A stretch of DNA of 64,000 nucleotides from Chloroherpetonaceae bacterium (GCA_025056565.1 JANWWA010000001.1:157966-221965); one strand, 5' to 3'. Positions 18,191-28,159 are shown, numbered from the stretch's first letter. The notes: generated by a model from the letters alone, not told the origin. Translations and numbers: made by a program.

Positions 18191-19182
18191 AAATTACCTT
18201 CTTTGATTCACATACCTTTGAGCGAGACTTCCTTATCAAGGCTGCTCGCAATCGGTATGAGCTTAATTTCCTAAGGATTCAGCTCACGACTGAAACCGTT
18301 GAGTTGGCCAAAGGCTCAAATGTGGTTTCGCTTTTCGTCAATGATGATGGCTCTGCGCCGATTTTGGAAAAATTGGCTTCGTTTGGCATCAAGCATATTG
18401 CCTTGCGCTCCGCTGGATTCAACCATGTTGACCTTGACAAAGCCCGCGAATTAGGCATACGGGTTGCTAATGTGCCTGCTTATTCACCATTTGCGGTGGC
18501 AGAGCACACGGTCGCCTTGATGTTGGCCCTCAATCGCAAGTTGCCACGTGCTTACAACCGCGTGCGCGACTTGAACTTCTCGCTCACTGGCTTAGTCGGC
18601 TTTGATATGAACGGCAAAACTGCAGGCATCATTGGTACTGGAAAAATTGGGTCAGTTGTTGTTAAAATTCTGCACGGCTTTGGCTGCCGCTTGCTTGGCT
18701 ACGACATATACCCCAATGAATCACTCACAAAGGAATATGGTCTGGAGTATGTCGACCTCGATACACTCTTTCGGGAAAGCCACATCATTACACTGCACAC
18801 CCCACTTACGCCTGAGACAAAGTATCTCATCAATGAACACACGATTGCTAAAATGCGCGATGGGGTGATGCTTATCAACACCAGTCGTGGCGGCCTTGTG
18901 AAGACTGAGGCTGCACTCGATGGCTTACGCTCTGGCAAGATTGGTTATTTGGGCTTAGATGTCTATGAGGAAGAAAAGGGGCTGTTCTTTTACGACCGCT
19001 CCAGCTATGTTTTGCAAGATGAAATTTTAGCACAACTGCTCTCTTTCCCTAATGTCATCGTCACCAGCCATCAAGGCTTTCTGACGGACACTGCCCTGCG
19101 CAACATTGCCGATACCACCTTTGAGACAATTGATGCTTGGGCATGCGGCAAGGAAAGTCCAAATGAGCTTGTCATGAAGTAG
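18187..19182 (+). CDS. ldhA: D-lactate dehydrogenase (D-isomer 2-hydroxyacid dehydrogenase)
   Basis: Colinear with E. coli LdhA as I recall it (FVNDDGS..., ALRSAGFNHVDL, VPAYSP.AVAEH, GKTAGIIGTGKIG, NTSRGGL, HQGFLT). ATG at 18187 overlaps the upstream stop (ATGA). Confidence 0.9.
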   Translation: MKITFFDSHTFERDFLIKAARNRYELNFLRIQLTTETVELAKGSNVVSLFVNDDGSAPILEKLASFGIKHIALRSAGFNHVDLDKARELGIRVANVPAYSPFAVAEHTVALMLALNRKLPRAYNRVRDLNFSLTGLVGFDMNGKTAGIIGTGKIGSVVVKILHGFGCRLLGYDIYPNESLTKEYGLEYVDLDTLFRESHIITLHTPLTPETKYLINEHTIAKMRDGVMLINTSRGGLVKTEAALDGLRSGKIGYLGLDVYEEEKGLFFYDRSSYVLQDEILAQLLSFPNVIVTSHQGFLTDTALRNIADTTFETIDAWACGKESPNELVMK

Positions 19183-19223
19183 TCTTTCTTCAACACATTT
19201 CGACACTGTGAAGGAGAAACACT

Positions 19224-20603
19224 ATGAACAAGCAAGACCGCTTTGTGGACTACTATGCGGAGCTTGGGCTCAAGCCTAATGCAACAGCTGATGAAATTCG
19301 TGCAGCTTACAAGGAGTTGATTAAAGAAACCCACCCTGATAAATTTCAGACTGCATCGCCCCGTGAGCGTGAGCGTGCTGAACGCCGTGCTCAGCGCCTC
19401 AATGAAGCCAAGAATACACTCCTTGACGAAGAAAAACGCCGTCAATACGATGCTCTCTACCAGCAGCGCCTCTCAGAAGCAATGGCTTTTGCCGCAAAAG
19501 CAGGTTACGATGGCTCTTCCTACAGCGAGTATGCATCGCGAATGGCTGAAATTGAGCGCTGGAACGCTGCTGCAGGTGCGCGCTCTCGTGTCCGCCCACT
19601 CACCTTTGTTATCTTATTTTTGCTTGCTGCAATTTCGCTTTTCTGGCGCTTTGTCAACCCCGAAGAATTCGGTAAGCCCGCGCCTGCAGCAGAAGTGCCC
19701 ACTGTTACGCTTCCAGAGGAGATTTATCGCGCTGGTGCAGCGCTGCAATCTATTGCTTTACCAAACGATGGTAAGTACGCCGCCGCTGTAGCCAGCTACA
19801 AAGGCATTGTGATGTGGCGCACCGCACAGCCTGAGCAAATGTGGTTTGGTTATGCTGATACCAGCGCCGTTTCACTTGCAGCGTTTGACCATCGACTGGC
19901 ACTGGGCACGATGCGCGGGCTTTTGCATCTCTTCGAACTCAAAGGCGACTCGCTCATCTTGCAGCGCACTCTCTCTGCTCACCAGAGCGTTATCACGTCC
20001 GTCAATTTCAGCCATGATGGCAAGCTGCTTGTTACTACCAGTTGGGACAAAACTGCAAAGGTTTGGCACGCTGAAACGGGCGAACTGCTTAGAACTCGAA
20101 TGGGGATTGCCTTCCCTATCTACTCAGCGGTTTTCACAGGCGACGACAAACATATCGCCTTCACCAACGACCAGCAAGTAATGGTCTGGAATTGGCGAGA
20201 GGGACAACTTCGCAACATCGGTTTGCACCGCAAGCGCCTCCTTGCAATGGATGCTGATAGCAATTGGGTGCTTTCGTCTGGCGAAGACCGTGTCGTTCGG
20301 CAAACTCACCTTGCTACAGGCACTGTGCGCACCACACAACCAGAGCCTATGACCATCACTGCCGTAGCGTTTAGCCCAAAAGGTCATATTTTTGCGACGG
20401 CAAATGCCGATGGATTTGTGCGGATTTACTCAGCCAAGACTTGTCAAAAGTTAGATGTTATTGCAGCCCACGCACCTGAATCGGGAAAAGGCAAAGCCAC
20501 TTCCGTCAAGTTTTCGCCCGACGGTCTGCTGCTTTACTCAGCTGGCACAGATAGCACCATCAAAGCGTGGGATATGCGACCGTATTCAACCGCTTTGCCG
20601 TGA
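19224..20603 (+). CDS. J-domain / single TM / WD40-repeat protein (paralog 2)
   Basis: DYYAELGL...DEIRAAYKELIKETHPDKF, TM LTFVILFLLAAISLFWRFV, and WD40 units (DKTAKVWHAETGE, DSTIKAWDM). SD AAGGAG at 19211-19216. Confidence 0.8.
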   Translation: MNKQDRFVDYYAELGLKPNATADEIRAAYKELIKETHPDKFQTASPRERERAERRAQRLNEAKNTLLDEEKRRQYDALYQQRLSEAMAFAAKAGYDGSSYSEYASRMAEIERWNAAAGARSRVRPLTFVILFLLAAISLFWRFVNPEEFGKPAPAAEVPTVTLPEEIYRAGAALQSIALPNDGKYAAAVASYKGIVMWRTAQPEQMWFGYADTSAVSLAAFDHRLALGTMRGLLHLFELKGDSLILQRTLSAHQSVITSVNFSHDGKLLVTTSWDKTAKVWHAETGELLRTRMGIAFPIYSAVFTGDDKHIAFTNDQQVMVWNWREGQLRNIGLHRKRLLAMDADSNWVLSSGEDRVVRQTHLATGTVRTTQPEPMTITAVAFSPKGHIFATANADGFVRIYSAKTCQKLDVIAAHAPESGKGKATSVKFSPDGLLLYSAGTDSTIKAWDMRPYSTALP

Positions 20604-20714
20604 TGGTAGCCCATCACCTTTGTGCGATAGCGCACAGCTTGCTTTGCTGGCACTCGTAAAGGTGCTTGCTGGAGAAGCATCTTTTCATTGATTTTAACTC
20701 AAATTGATTCAAAT

Positions 20715-21944
20715 ATGCGCCAGTTATTTTGCTTTATTCTTGCGCTACTCTTTCTGCAAGCAGAGCTTGCGTTTGCGCAGCGGGTCTATACCAAGCGCGA
20801 CAATAGCCAAGTGCGCGATGGCGCTGGCTCTTACTACAAGCTCATTGCAACACTGAGCGCTAACACCCCCCTTACGATGCTCGAAAAAGCTGACCGCTGG
20901 GTGAAGGTGGAACTGCCTGACAAGAAGACACGTGGCTGGATTGCCGAAAACTGCTTAGAAGAAAAGCAAGTGCCCAGCACGCGCGTCATCACCAAGTGGA
21001 GCACGGCGCAAGCCTCTCGTGCTGCTGTAGCAGCGGCAGTCAAAGGCTTCGCAAAACGCTCCAAGAAATTCACCGATAAAACGCTGGACATCGTGCTTGA
21101 CCAGACGTTTAATGAATTTTCCGAAGCTGAGTTCCGAGCGTTCAAGCGGGAGTTGCAGGCACAAGGTGAGCCAACCAAAGTATCGTTCGCTGCGCTGGGT
21201 CTTGAACCACCGATGTATGATGCCCGGCTCAATGAACTTGCAGTGGGCGCAGGCGTCGCGGCTCGCCTTGCTTCTGAATTTGGTGTCATTCAAAATCCGC
21301 GACTTAGTAAGTATGTCAATATGATTTGTGCCGCTATCGTGGAGCAAACACCATTCTACGATTGGGATTTTAGCGTCTTTATTTTGCAAGACGAAACCAT
21401 CAACGGGTTTGCTTGCCCTGGCGGCTATATTTTTCTCACCAAAGGTATGATTGATGCTTGCCAAGATGAATCAGAGCTGGCGGCTGTCATTGCGCATGAA
21501 ATTGCGCATGTCATTCGCCGACACGGAATGGAAGAACTCACAAAGCGCATTGCAAAAATCCGAGCTGCTGAAGCCTTTGCCGAGCTCGAGCAAGAAATGG
21601 AAGAAGAAATGGATGAAAGCGAGCAAGAGCTTGAGGAAATTGCCGCTGAATCATATGAGCGTGCCATTCGCAAGCGTCTACTCAAATACGAGTTTGAAGC
21701 CGACCGCTACGGTGCTTATCTTGCTGCACAAGCAGGCTATGACCCATTTGGCATTATTCGCATCAGTGAAACGGTTGCGCTGGCGCAAGCAAAGATGGCT
21801 GAACCCAAAGTATATAGCTCCGAATACTTCGCACCTGACGATGCTCGCGAGCGCATAAAGCAAATCCGGGCATTCGTTTCTACGCACTACAAGCCCACTA
21901 CTAAAGGTCGCTTCAAAGAGCGTTTTATGCGCAACACGCGCTAA
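20715..21944 (+). CDS. secreted SH3b-domain plus M48 family zinc metalloprotease
   Basis: Signal peptide MRQLFCFILALLFLQAELAFA, an SH3b-like region (VRDGAGSYYKLIATL...RWVKVEL...GWI) and the HEXXH motif in AVIAHEIAHVIRRHG. The track start at 20688 is TTG. Confidence 0.75.
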   Translation: MRQLFCFILALLFLQAELAFAQRVYTKRDNSQVRDGAGSYYKLIATLSANTPLTMLEKADRWVKVELPDKKTRGWIAENCLEEKQVPSTRVITKWSTAQASRAAVAAAVKGFAKRSKKFTDKTLDIVLDQTFNEFSEAEFRAFKRELQAQGEPTKVSFAALGLEPPMYDARLNELAVGAGVAARLASEFGVIQNPRLSKYVNMICAAIVEQTPFYDWDFSVFILQDETINGFACPGGYIFLTKGMIDACQDESELAAVIAHEIAHVIRRHGMEELTKRIAKIRAAEAFAELEQEMEEEMDESEQELEEIAAESYERAIRKRLLKYEFEADRYGAYLAAQAGYDPFGIIRISETVALAQAKMAEPKVYSSEYFAPDDARERIKQIRAFVSTHYKPTTKGRFKERFMRNTR

Positions 21945-21956
21945 GCACAGTTTGTG

Positions 21957-22012
21957 GGGCGGATTTGACCGAGCGGCGTTATGCTTTGCCAAAATCCGCC
22001 CTTTGCGTCTTT
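21957..22012 (+). terminator. putative terminator after the M48 gene
   Basis: GGGCGGATTT (21957-21966) pairs with AAATCCGCCC (21992-22001) and is followed by tttgcgtctttt. The loop is large (25 nt). Confidence 0.4.
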
Positions 22013-22097
22013 TGCCCCTTAGTCTGTCACTTCCTCAGCCTTGCAGATTTAACAATTTTTTAACTCCTATTTGGAAGTCAAAACTTCTTTGCTTGCG

Positions 22098-22105
22098 TAT
22101 TTTTG
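22098..22105 (+). promoter_or_regulatory. candidate -7 promoter box (TAttTTTG)
   Basis: Exact TAnnTTTG match 30 nt upstream of the ATG at 22136. Confidence 0.35.
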
Positions 22106-22135
22106 CTCCAGCTTGAAGCGAGTATAACCATTGCA

Positions 22136-22609
22136 ATGAGTATGATGCGCGCTGCCATGGCTGGAGTTCTGCTGCTATTGCTCGGTGTTCAGAAGCAAGA
22201 AGTTGTATTTCGAAATGTGGTTTGGGGAATGGAGCCTGCCCAAGTGCTTGCCGTAGAAACTGCTCAGCTTATCAAAGAAAGCCCCGGACGACTTTTTTAT
22301 AGAGGCGAAGAGGAAGGTTACCCTGCGATTATTGTCTACAGCTTCGTAGAAAATAAGCTCATTCAGGCCACTTGCATCTTTCAGTATGAGGGCACCGTTT
22401 CCACTAGCGACCTTATCAAGGATTTGGAGCACAAACTTACACGCAAGTTTGGTCAGCCCGAAATCGTAAAAGCAAACTACAAGGCTGTCTGGGGCACTTC
22501 TTCCACCCACATTAGTCTCAACCTTACCGATGAGCAGAAAGTTGTGCTAAATTACCTAAGCAGCCAGCTTGCCAAAGAGTTTGCTGGCAAGTGGAAGTCC
22601 TCAATGTAA
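22136..22609 (+). CDS. hypothetical secreted protein
   Basis: MSMMRAAMAGVLLLLLGV looks like a signal peptide. No family recognised. The track start at 22103 is TTG. Confidence 0.4.
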   Translation: MSMMRAAMAGVLLLLLGVQKQEVVFRNVVWGMEPAQVLAVETAQLIKESPGRLFYRGEEEGYPAIIVYSFVENKLIQATCIFQYEGTVSTSDLIKDLEHKLTRKFGQPEIVKANYKAVWGTSSTHISLNLTDEQKVVLNYLSSQLAKEFAGKWKSSM

Positions 22610-22655
22610 TCACTTTGCTTGCCTTAGACTTCAAGGTTGTTTTGCTATGCCTGCC

Positions 22656-22687
22656 TAAAACAGAAAGGCAGCACCTCTTGTGCTGCC
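22656..22687 (-). terminator. rho-independent terminator of the small OMP gene
   Basis: GGCAGCAC ctctt GTGCTGCC (22667-22687). On the minus strand it is followed by TTTCTGTTTT. It sits between convergent genes. Confidence 0.55.
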
Positions 22688-22708
22688 CATATGCCCACTA
22701 TGCTCTAC

Positions 22709-23230
22709 TCAGAAACGCACACCGCCGCCAATCTGGAAATTTGTTCCCGACGAAATTAGCAGTTTAGCTTGTGCGTAGATTGCCACTGGTCCCACTGGGA
22801 ACTCCGCACCGCCGAACAGATTTAAGCCTGCATTGGTCGAGCTCGAGGTTTGACGCTGCGTGCCCCCACCGAATGTTGGTACATCAACTGAGACAGATGA
22901 AAAGGCGATTAGCAAACCTGCCCCTGCATATGGTGCAATTGGAGATTTAGGGATATCAAAAATATAGGCGACATCACCATGCACGAAAATGCTGAGGGCA
23001 CTGCCACCGGGCGGACTGGATATAAAGATGTAATCCGCAGTAGGATTTATGGAAAGCGTGCCAAAGCCGGGAACTTTGACCGGCACCGCTACACCCGCAC
23101 CGAGCGAGAAATTCCCACCGTTGGTATAGATACCCAAGCGGGCATCAGGACGTATCTGCGCCGAGAGATCCGTTGCTACGACTGCACTCAGCACAGCCAT
23201 CGCAGAACCAAGAAAGAAGAGCTGTTTCAT
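22709..23230 (-). CDS. small outer-membrane beta-barrel protein
   Basis: Signal peptide ending LSAQ, Gly/aromatic-rich alternating strands, and a C-terminal ...QIGGGVRF. Confidence 0.6.
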   Translation of the reverse strand: MKQLFFLGSAMAVLSAVVATDLSAQIRPDARLGIYTNGGNFSLGAGVAVPVKVPGFGTLSINPTADYIFISSPPGGSALSIFVHGDVAYIFDIPKSPIAPYAGAGLLIAFSSVSVDVPTFGGGTQRQTSSSTNAGLNLFGGAEFPVGPVAIYAQAKLLISSGTNFQIGGGVRF

Positions 23231-23275
23231 AGTTTGATGTGTTTAGGTTACGTGATTGAGCCTCAAAGAACAACT

Positions 23276-23527
23276 TTACTTCTCGGTTTGTCCGCCATCC
23301 GTTGAGGTTTGCTGCCGCGCCCAGCGCTCAATGTAGCGAGCTAATTCTTCCACACTGCTGAAGATGACTGTCTCTCCCGACGCAGAGCGCTGCAGCTGAA
23401 TTTTCAGAGAGCTTGTCTCTGACTCGCTATATGCAAATAGCTTCATTACAAACGTCTCTCGCTTCAGCATCGCTTTGCGACAATGGTGTGCAATTTTGCA
23501 GACAAGATGTAGCACTCGAGTAACCAA
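23276..23527 (-). CDS. hypothetical small protein (start uncertain)
   Basis: ORF only, with internal Met candidates (MLKRETFVMKLF...). No family recognised. Confidence 0.25.
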   Translation of the reverse strand: MVTRVLHLVCKIAHHCRKAMLKRETFVMKLFAYSESETSSLKIQLQRSASGETVIFSSVEELARYIERWARQQTSTDGGQTEK

Positions 23528-23670
23528 TGAGTAACCACCCCGATGGCGAAGGCATTGGGCTCAAGAGGTAACTAAGCAAATTGCGATGGTAGAATGCGCG
23601 CAAAGCAGAAATCTCTCACTCTCGTCTTATCATTTTCAGTGGGCGAGGGTATTCTTCACAGCAGAATAGC

Positions 23671-25023
23671 TTAGGAGTATGATAGCCTTTCTGCTGTCAG
23701 GATTTGGCGTGCCGGAATGTTTCGCAACTCAGGAATCCACAGTTTAATGAATGCCGCTTCGGGGTCGTACATTTCCGCTTGGCGCACAGGGTTGAACACG
23801 CGGTTTTCTCGTGGGTCGTTACCAATGCCTGCTACATAGTTCCAATTGCCATAGTTGCTACACACATCGTAATCGACCAACATTGACTCAAAGTACTCAG
23901 CGCCTAGTCGCCAGTCGATTTGCAGATAATGCACCAAATAACTGGCAACATTTTGTCGCCCTCGATTCGACATAAACCCTGTTGCAGCTAGCTCACGCAT
24001 ATTGGCATCAATGAACGGCTGTCCTGTACGTCCTTCTACCCATCTTTGGAACAATACTCTATCGCGAGACCACTTCTTTGGCTGCCCCTTAATGCCGAAT
24101 TTGTGGAACAAGCGATTACCATATTTGAGCGCAACAAAGCGGAAAAAATCACGCCAGATAAGCTCGAAAATGAGCCAGTAGGTGGAGTCATTAGCAATGC
24201 GCTTGGCTTCGTAGCGCTTAATTTCTTCGTAAATTTTTCGTGGTGACAGACACCCTAAAGCCAGCCATGCCGAAAATTTTGAGGAGTAATCTGCACCAAT
24301 TAAGCCATTGCGAGTCTCTTTGTAGTTTCTGAGTAAATCCTTCTGCCAGAAATATTCTTCTAAGCGCCTCAGACCTTCACGCTCTCCGCCCTTGAAGTAA
24401 AAAGCTGCACGCGGCTCAGGCTGCGGCGGCTGTATTCCTAACTGCTCAAGCGTCGGCAACGCCCCTACCTCTATGCTGGTGGGCTTACGCAGCGATTTCG
24501 GCGCGGGGAACGTGGCACGCACAGTTGCGCGCTTTTCGCATTCCTTGCGGAACTGTGTGAACACGTCGGGCAAGTGCTCAATAGACATCGGCAAATCGTT
24601 CAAGTGATAAAGCGTGCTGCCCCAATACTCTTTGGTTTGAATGCCTATGGCCTGCAGATTTTTTCGGAGTGCGGCTTCCACACGCAGCTCTTCGCTGGTT
24701 ACTTCTCGGTGGAAATACACAAAAGAGACGCCTGCGACCTTGGCAAGCTCAGGCACAATCTCCTCTGGCTTACCGATGCGAAAAATTAGCTCCCCTCCCT
24801 TTTGGCGAACTTGCTCACGCAAATCTGCGAGACTTTCAAGCAAGAATTTTGCTCTGAACTTCCCCATCTTGGGAAAGCCTGATGGAAGCGTGCCCAAAAG
24901 ACGCTCATCGAGACAATAGACCAGCAAAGTATCGGGAGAGCTACTTAGCGCCGCAGTGAGGGCTTCGTTATCGTGCAAGCGCAAATCATTGCGCAGCCAA
25001 ACAAGATTTTTCCAAGACGACAT
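23671..25023 (-). CDS. cryptochrome DASH / photolyase family protein
   Basis: LVWLRNDLRLHDNEAL N-terminus, and the C-terminal FAD-binding blocks TGQPFIDANMRELAATGFMSNRGRQNVASYL and DYDVCSNYGNWNY. The track start at 25137 is TTG, and an ATG lies at 25023. Confidence 0.85.
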   Translation of the reverse strand: MSSWKNLVWLRNDLRLHDNEALTAALSSSPDTLLVYCLDERLLGTLPSGFPKMGKFRAKFLLESLADLREQVRQKGGELIFRIGKPEEIVPELAKVAGVSFVYFHREVTSEELRVEAALRKNLQAIGIQTKEYWGSTLYHLNDLPMSIEHLPDVFTQFRKECEKRATVRATFPAPKSLRKPTSIEVGALPTLEQLGIQPPQPEPRAAFYFKGGEREGLRRLEEYFWQKDLLRNYKETRNGLIGADYSSKFSAWLALGCLSPRKIYEEIKRYEAKRIANDSTYWLIFELIWRDFFRFVALKYGNRLFHKFGIKGQPKKWSRDRVLFQRWVEGRTGQPFIDANMRELAATGFMSNRGRQNVASYLVHYLQIDWRLGAEYFESMLVDYDVCSNYGNWNYVAGIGNDPRENRVFNPVRQAEMYDPEAAFIKLWIPELRNIPARQILTAERLSYS

Positions 25024-25220
25024 ACACCCGCTTTTTACCACATAACTCAAAAATTGTCGAATCAGGTTCAACAACAGAGTGTCGTGTTCGCATTTTATTG
25101 CTCGTTCTGAAACAAGGGCGTAGAGTCGGTAACACAATTGCGTGCTACCGATGCCGCATCTGTTTACTGCTCTTCTCCGCCATACCCTTTACTTGGTCGG
25201 TCTAATTTGCCAAGAAGTCG

Positions 25221-25228
25221 TATCTTTG
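25221..25228 (+). promoter_or_regulatory. candidate -7 promoter box (TAtcTTTG)
   Basis: Exact TAnnTTTG match 25 nt upstream of the ATG at 25254. Confidence 0.35.
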
Positions 25229-25253
25229 CAGCCCGAGAAAACATTTTGCAAAA

Positions 25254-26084
25254 ATGACCATTACCGCGCTTGCCAGTCTTCTACCAATTCTGGTTATCGC
25301 TGCTGCGGTGCTGTTCATCGTGCTGGAGCGGCTTTTCCCCTACGATAAAGGGCAGCCTTTTTTCCGAGAGGGATTTTTCGCTGACCTTGTCTTCTATGCC
25401 CTCTTGCAGAGCTACGTGCTATCGCTCATCATTTCAGCTATTGTGTATTGGATTGACGCTCAGACTGGGCTATCCCGACTAAGGCTGTTGGAGGGCGTGC
25501 CACTTTGGGCACAAACGCTCATTTTTCTGATTACGCATGACTTTTACATCTATTGGTTTCATCGCTGGCAACATCACAACAAAGTGCTCTGGCGACTGCA
25601 CGAGGCGCATCACTCTGTTCGGCAGGTTGACTGGATTGCAGGTATGCGCTCACACTCGCTGGAGATTTTGATTAACCAAACAATTGAATTTGCACCAATT
25701 GTGTTGCTGGGTGCTCCTCCTGAAATGATTCTCATTAAAGGCGCCATTGACGGCATCTGGGGAATGTGGATTCACAGCAACATTGATGTCAAATCGGGTG
25801 TGCTGCAGCTCATTATCAACGGTCCAGAAATGCACCGCTGGCATCACTCCTGTGACATCAAAGAAGGTGGTATAAACTTCTCGACCAAATTAGCGATTTG
25901 GGATTGGCTATTTGGCACAGCCTATTTGCCTAAAGAAAAACCTTCTGGATACGGCATCACTGACACCCACTATCCGCTCAGCATCACAGACGGTCCACTT
26001 TACATTCGCTTTTGGGAAGACACCAAAAGCTACATTAGGCAGCACCTATACGCATTCCGTCCGCTCTCGGAAAGTGCTGCTTAG
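25254..26084 (+). CDS. fatty acid hydroxylase / sterol desaturase family membrane protein
   Basis: Histidine boxes HDFYIYWFHRWQHH, EAHHS and HRWHH, with TM segments. Confidence 0.75.
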   Translation: MTITALASLLPILVIAAAVLFIVLERLFPYDKGQPFFREGFFADLVFYALLQSYVLSLIISAIVYWIDAQTGLSRLRLLEGVPLWAQTLIFLITHDFYIYWFHRWQHHNKVLWRLHEAHHSVRQVDWIAGMRSHSLEILINQTIEFAPIVLLGAPPEMILIKGAIDGIWGMWIHSNIDVKSGVLQLIINGPEMHRWHHSCDIKEGGINFSTKLAIWDWLFGTAYLPKEKPSGYGITDTHYPLSITDGPLYIRFWEDTKSYIRQHLYAFRPLSESAA

Positions 26085-27997
26085 CATCCCCAATTTTTTG
26101 AGATGGCTTCAAACTCTCGGCGTATTTCTTGACGACGCTCGAGAATGCGCTTTTGTTCTTCGAGCAAGCGCACTTGTTCTGCTTCGTCTAATGTGTGCTG
26201 CAGCTTTGCCAGATTTTCTTTTAGCAGGTGATCGCACTGAGCCATCATCAATCTACTCGTAGCGTCTAAGAATGCTTGAAGGCATCGGCGCGCGTGATGA
26301 GTTGCGGATTCTTCCGGCCAGCGTTCTGAAATGGGTGTTTCGATTAGCAGCTCTGAGATGAAGTTGCGTAGGCTTTCGTCTTCCAAATAAGCCAGCTCAC
26401 TTGGCACATCCAGCGTATTTAGCCCACGTGCTTTAAGCTGCTCATAGCGTCTGAGTATGAATGCCACCGTTGCTTGCACCTGCGGGTGCTGCAAGTTTAG
26501 GAGCGAAAGATACTCGGCTGTAAACTCTAACGCTGCAGATCCGTGTGCCGTGCTTTCCAGCAGTGCTTTTAGAAATGTGCGCTCTACTACCGATAAAACC
26601 TCTTTTGCTTGCGAAGGCTTTGCTGGTGCGATGTGCTGCGCCGCTGCCTGTTGCACGGCTGGCGATACAGACAGCTTCGGCGCAAGACGCTTTCTGCGTT
26701 TCTCTGCCTGTTGCGACTCTGCTTCATTTCGCAGCAGTGCAAGGCTAATGTCTAACTTCTCTGACAGCGCCTTAAAGTAAATTTCCTGTGCTAGCTCATC
26801 AGGTAGCTTGAGCAGCGTGGCCACCAATTCTGAGAGGCTACGACGAAACTGCACAGGGTCTGATAATGCCCCGCTCTCTTTTAGCATCTGAATTTTGAAG
26901 TCCAGAAAGGAAAAACGGTGCGCCGTGATAAACTGACGCAGCGACTCAGCACCTGCTTCTCGCACAAAGCTATCAGGGTCATGTCCATCAGGCAAAATGA
27001 CCACAAACGGCGTCATGCCTTGCTCGAGCATGGTATCAATGCCTCGCTGCATTGCTGAAAGCCCGGCACGGTCGCCATCGTAGAGAAAGAGGATATTTCT
27101 GCTGTAGCGTGAGAGCAACTTTACTTGTTCAGTTGTCAGCGCTGTGCCACTGGACGCCACACAATTGCAAATGCCTGCTTGATGCAGTGAAATGGCGTCC
27201 ATATAACCTTCTACCAAAATGGCTTCTCCTTTTCGACGAATGTCATCTTTGGCAAAGTTCAGTGCATACAGCAGCTTGGATTTTTCGTAGAGCGGGCTTT
27301 CTGGCGAGTTGATATACTTTGGTGCATCTTTTTCGTCCTCGAGCAAGCGACCAGCAAAGCCAACTACCTTGCCCGCTGTTGAGAAAATCGGAAACATGGC
27401 TCGATGGCGGAAGGTATCGTAGTGTTTGCCTGATTTTTCGCTGTAGCTGGCCAAGCCCAGTGTCCGCAGCAAGTCGACCGAAAAGTTTTCGCTCTGTGCC
27501 GCCTCAATCAGCTTATCCCAGTGGTTATAGGCGTAACCAAGCCCAAAGTGTGAGATGGTCTCCCGAGTTAGTCCACGACTTTTGAAATACTCGAGGCAGA
27601 CTTTTCCTTCAGCCGTATTGAGGGCTTGGTGAAAAAACCTTGCCGCAAAGCGCATCACTGCGTATTCAATTTGTTCTTTCTCTGCTGCATCAGAGCCTTT
27701 CTCATACTGCGAGAGATCTATGCCGACTTTCTTTGCTACGATTTTCACTGCATCAAGAAAGCCGACTTTTTCCATCTCCATCACAAACGTGAAGACATTG
27801 CCGCCTTTGCCGCTGGAAAAGCACTTGTAGATTTGCTTCTCAGGCGAAACGAAAAACGATGGTGTTCTTTCATTGGTGAAAGGAGAGCGTGCTTTGTAGT
27901 TTCTGCCAGCTGGCTGCAAGGGGACATACTCCGATACCACATCAACAATATCGGCTAAGCGGCGGATTTCCTCAATTTTTTCTTCGGGCAATCTCAT
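26081..27997 (-). CDS. dnaG: DNA primase
   Basis: Zinc-finger region (KARSPFTNERTPSFFVSPEKQIYKCFSSGKGGNVFTF) and a TOPRIM block (ILVEGYMD...LYDGDRAG). The track start at 28003 is TTG, and an ATG lies at 27997. Confidence 0.9.
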   Translation of the reverse strand: MRLPEEKIEEIRRLADIVDVVSEYVPLQPAGRNYKARSPFTNERTPSFFVSPEKQIYKCFSSGKGGNVFTFVMEMEKVGFLDAVKIVAKKVGIDLSQYEKGSDAAEKEQIEYAVMRFAARFFHQALNTAEGKVCLEYFKSRGLTRETISHFGLGYAYNHWDKLIEAAQSENFSVDLLRTLGLASYSEKSGKHYDTFRHRAMFPIFSTAGKVVGFAGRLLEDEKDAPKYINSPESPLYEKSKLLYALNFAKDDIRRKGEAILVEGYMDAISLHQAGICNCVASSGTALTTEQVKLLSRYSRNILFLYDGDRAGLSAMQRGIDTMLEQGMTPFVVILPDGHDPDSFVREAGAESLRQFITAHRFSFLDFKIQMLKESGALSDPVQFRRSLSELVATLLKLPDELAQEIYFKALSEKLDISLALLRNEAESQQAEKRRKRLAPKLSVSPAVQQAAAQHIAPAKPSQAKEVLSVVERTFLKALLESTAHGSAALEFTAEYLSLLNLQHPQVQATVAFILRRYEQLKARGLNTLDVPSELAYLEDESLRNFISELLIETPISERWPEESATHHARRCLQAFLDATSRLMMAQCDHLLKENLAKLQHTLDEAEQVRLLEEQKRILERRQEIRREFEAISKNWGC

Positions 27998-28056
27998 CGC
28001 CAAAGAAAATTTTTATCTTTGTGCTGTAACCGCTGTGCGACTGCAAAAAAAAATGT

Positions 28057-28064
28057 TACCTTTG
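28057..28064 (+). promoter_or_regulatory. candidate -7 promoter box (TAccTTTG); a second copy TAtcTTTG lies at 28014-28021
   Basis: Two exact TAnnTTTG matches on the plus strand in the dnaG / 28160 divergent intergenic region. They lie 95 and 138 nt upstream of the ATG at 28160. Confidence 0.3.
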
Positions 28065-28159
28065 TGCCTTGCCTCTGCTATTTCATCGCAGGTTTTTAAC
28101 GGTAGAGCCATTCCACAAGCTTAGAGCATTACATAACGATAAATTACTAAGATGTAACG

